This document shows, one piece after another, positions 63,370 through 64,000 of a DNA stretch of 64,000 nucleotides. The translations under genes and the position numbers were made by a program. The stretch spans positions 5,060 through 69,059 of the IMG/VR virus record IMGVR_UViG_3300044710_000064; one strand, given 5' to 3'. The notes below the pieces were generated by a model. The model was not told the DNA's origin and searched no databases. It saw only the letters and a program-made list of their open reading frames with translations. The stretch comes from a virus. The first letter of the stretch is position 1, and every line of letters begins with the position of its first letter.

Positions 63370-63837
63370 TCAGTTCTTCACGGTCAACGGATCGGAGTTT
63401 ACGGCTTTCTTGCCGGTGACGCCTTCGAGGCCGGCCAGGATGCCGCGGTAGTCGCTCTTGTCGCATTGCATCGCAAAGCCGCCTTTTTGTTCGCCATTGG
63501 CCCAGGTCACTCCAATGAAGTGTTTCTTCGATTTGGAGAGGGCGAGTAACGCGCCTATGCCGAGCGATACGATCGCCAGCCCGATAGCCGCCCCGACACG
63601 TCGGTGGACATCCTGCCCGTAACTTATTTCCGTTATCCATGCGGTAGGGATTTTGGCAATGTTCTCATCCTTGGTTTCCAGCCTAAGTTCTGCCGTATCG
63701 ATATACAACTTCATCCCTTTTCCGGCCTTAACGTCCGGGAGCGAGCCGCCGTCGTATCGGATATTATGGCCGCTGTCTCCTGCGACGGTGGAAAATGGCA
63801 CGAAGAAGCAAAGAGCGATAGCGATCAGTTTTTTCAT
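63370..63837 (-). CDS. Secreted/membrane hypothetical protein (PH-like fold?)
   Basis: Signal peptide; YDGGSLP...ITEISYGQDVHRRVG, TM, KSKKHFIG. Confidence 0.75.
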   Translation of the reverse strand: MKKLIAIALCFFVPFSTVAGDSGHNIRYDGGSLPDVKAGKGMKLYIDTAELRLETKDENIAKIPTAWITEISYGQDVHRRVGAAIGLAIVSLGIGALLALSKSKKHFIGVTWANGEQKGGFAMQCDKSDYRGILAGLEGVTGKKAVNSDPLTVKN

Positions 63838-64000
63838 TTCACCACCAGCACTCTTGTCTCGCAGCCGGCGTAGAGCACGTCTGCCACATAGGCTTGGAGT
63901 TCACCGGGTTCGATCCTTGCTCCCTGGTCCAGTTCTCTTACGATGCTCGCGGCCTCCTCGTTTAGGAGTTGCATTGCCCTTAAGTATCTCGATAACCTCA
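63834..64000 (-). CDS. Partial ORF (5' end outside the window)
   Basis: Open frame ...LDQGARIEPGELQA...VLVVK* with ATGA overlap to the next gene. Confidence 0.45.
   Translation of the reverse strand, partial: RLSRYLRAMQLLNEEAASIVRELDQGARIEPGELQAYVADVLYAGCETRVLVVK

Larger units (their letters stand above)
1..64000. mobile_element. Temperate lambda-like siphophage genome segment (probably excised/attP form)
   Basis: Terminase, portal, protease, capsid, tail tube, tape measure, integrase and an internal att core; no host housekeeping genes in the window. Confidence 0.95.

Noticed and set aside
63906-63916. T-loop-like GGGTTCGATCC
   Set aside because: Lies within a - strand ORF and has no surrounding cloverleaf

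Overview
The whole window is phage DNA: a temperate, lambda-like siphovirus with a GpA terminase, lambda-type portal, S49 protease and gpE-like capsid. It is probably in the excised or free form, because a single att core (3' 53 nt of tRNA-Ala(GGC), 8941-8993) has phage genes on both sides. The host is probably Acidobacteriota; this is inferred from recalled protein-family resemblance and was not checked. There are two convergent arms. The + strand early arm (76-19400) carries recombination, ParB-like, J-domain, DUF5131, integrase, DNA-modification and replication-initiator genes plus many small ORFs joined by repeated junction motifs. The - strand late arm (62620-19417) starts at a consensus sigma70 promoter and a NusG/UpxY paralogue, then runs through a 10-kb accessory structural block upstream of cos/terminase, and the head, tail, fibre and membrane-protein genes. 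Most unusual observations: (1) at least six late-operon fibre-like or beta-rich proteins have Sec-type signal peptides, mostly with Gln at +1 and paired cysteines, and one has a c-type heme CXXCH motif, suggesting periplasmic maturation; (2) a tRNA-like RNA with its own promoter, an 8-nt anticodon loop and a distorted acceptor stem, antisense within the head-tail genes; (3) a ~590-nt highly structured non-coding region; (4) attP splits the early operon upstream of the replication gene; (5) gene-cassette-like accretion with duplicated start/stop junctions and leaderless antisense morons. All family names come from motif recognition, with no database searches.
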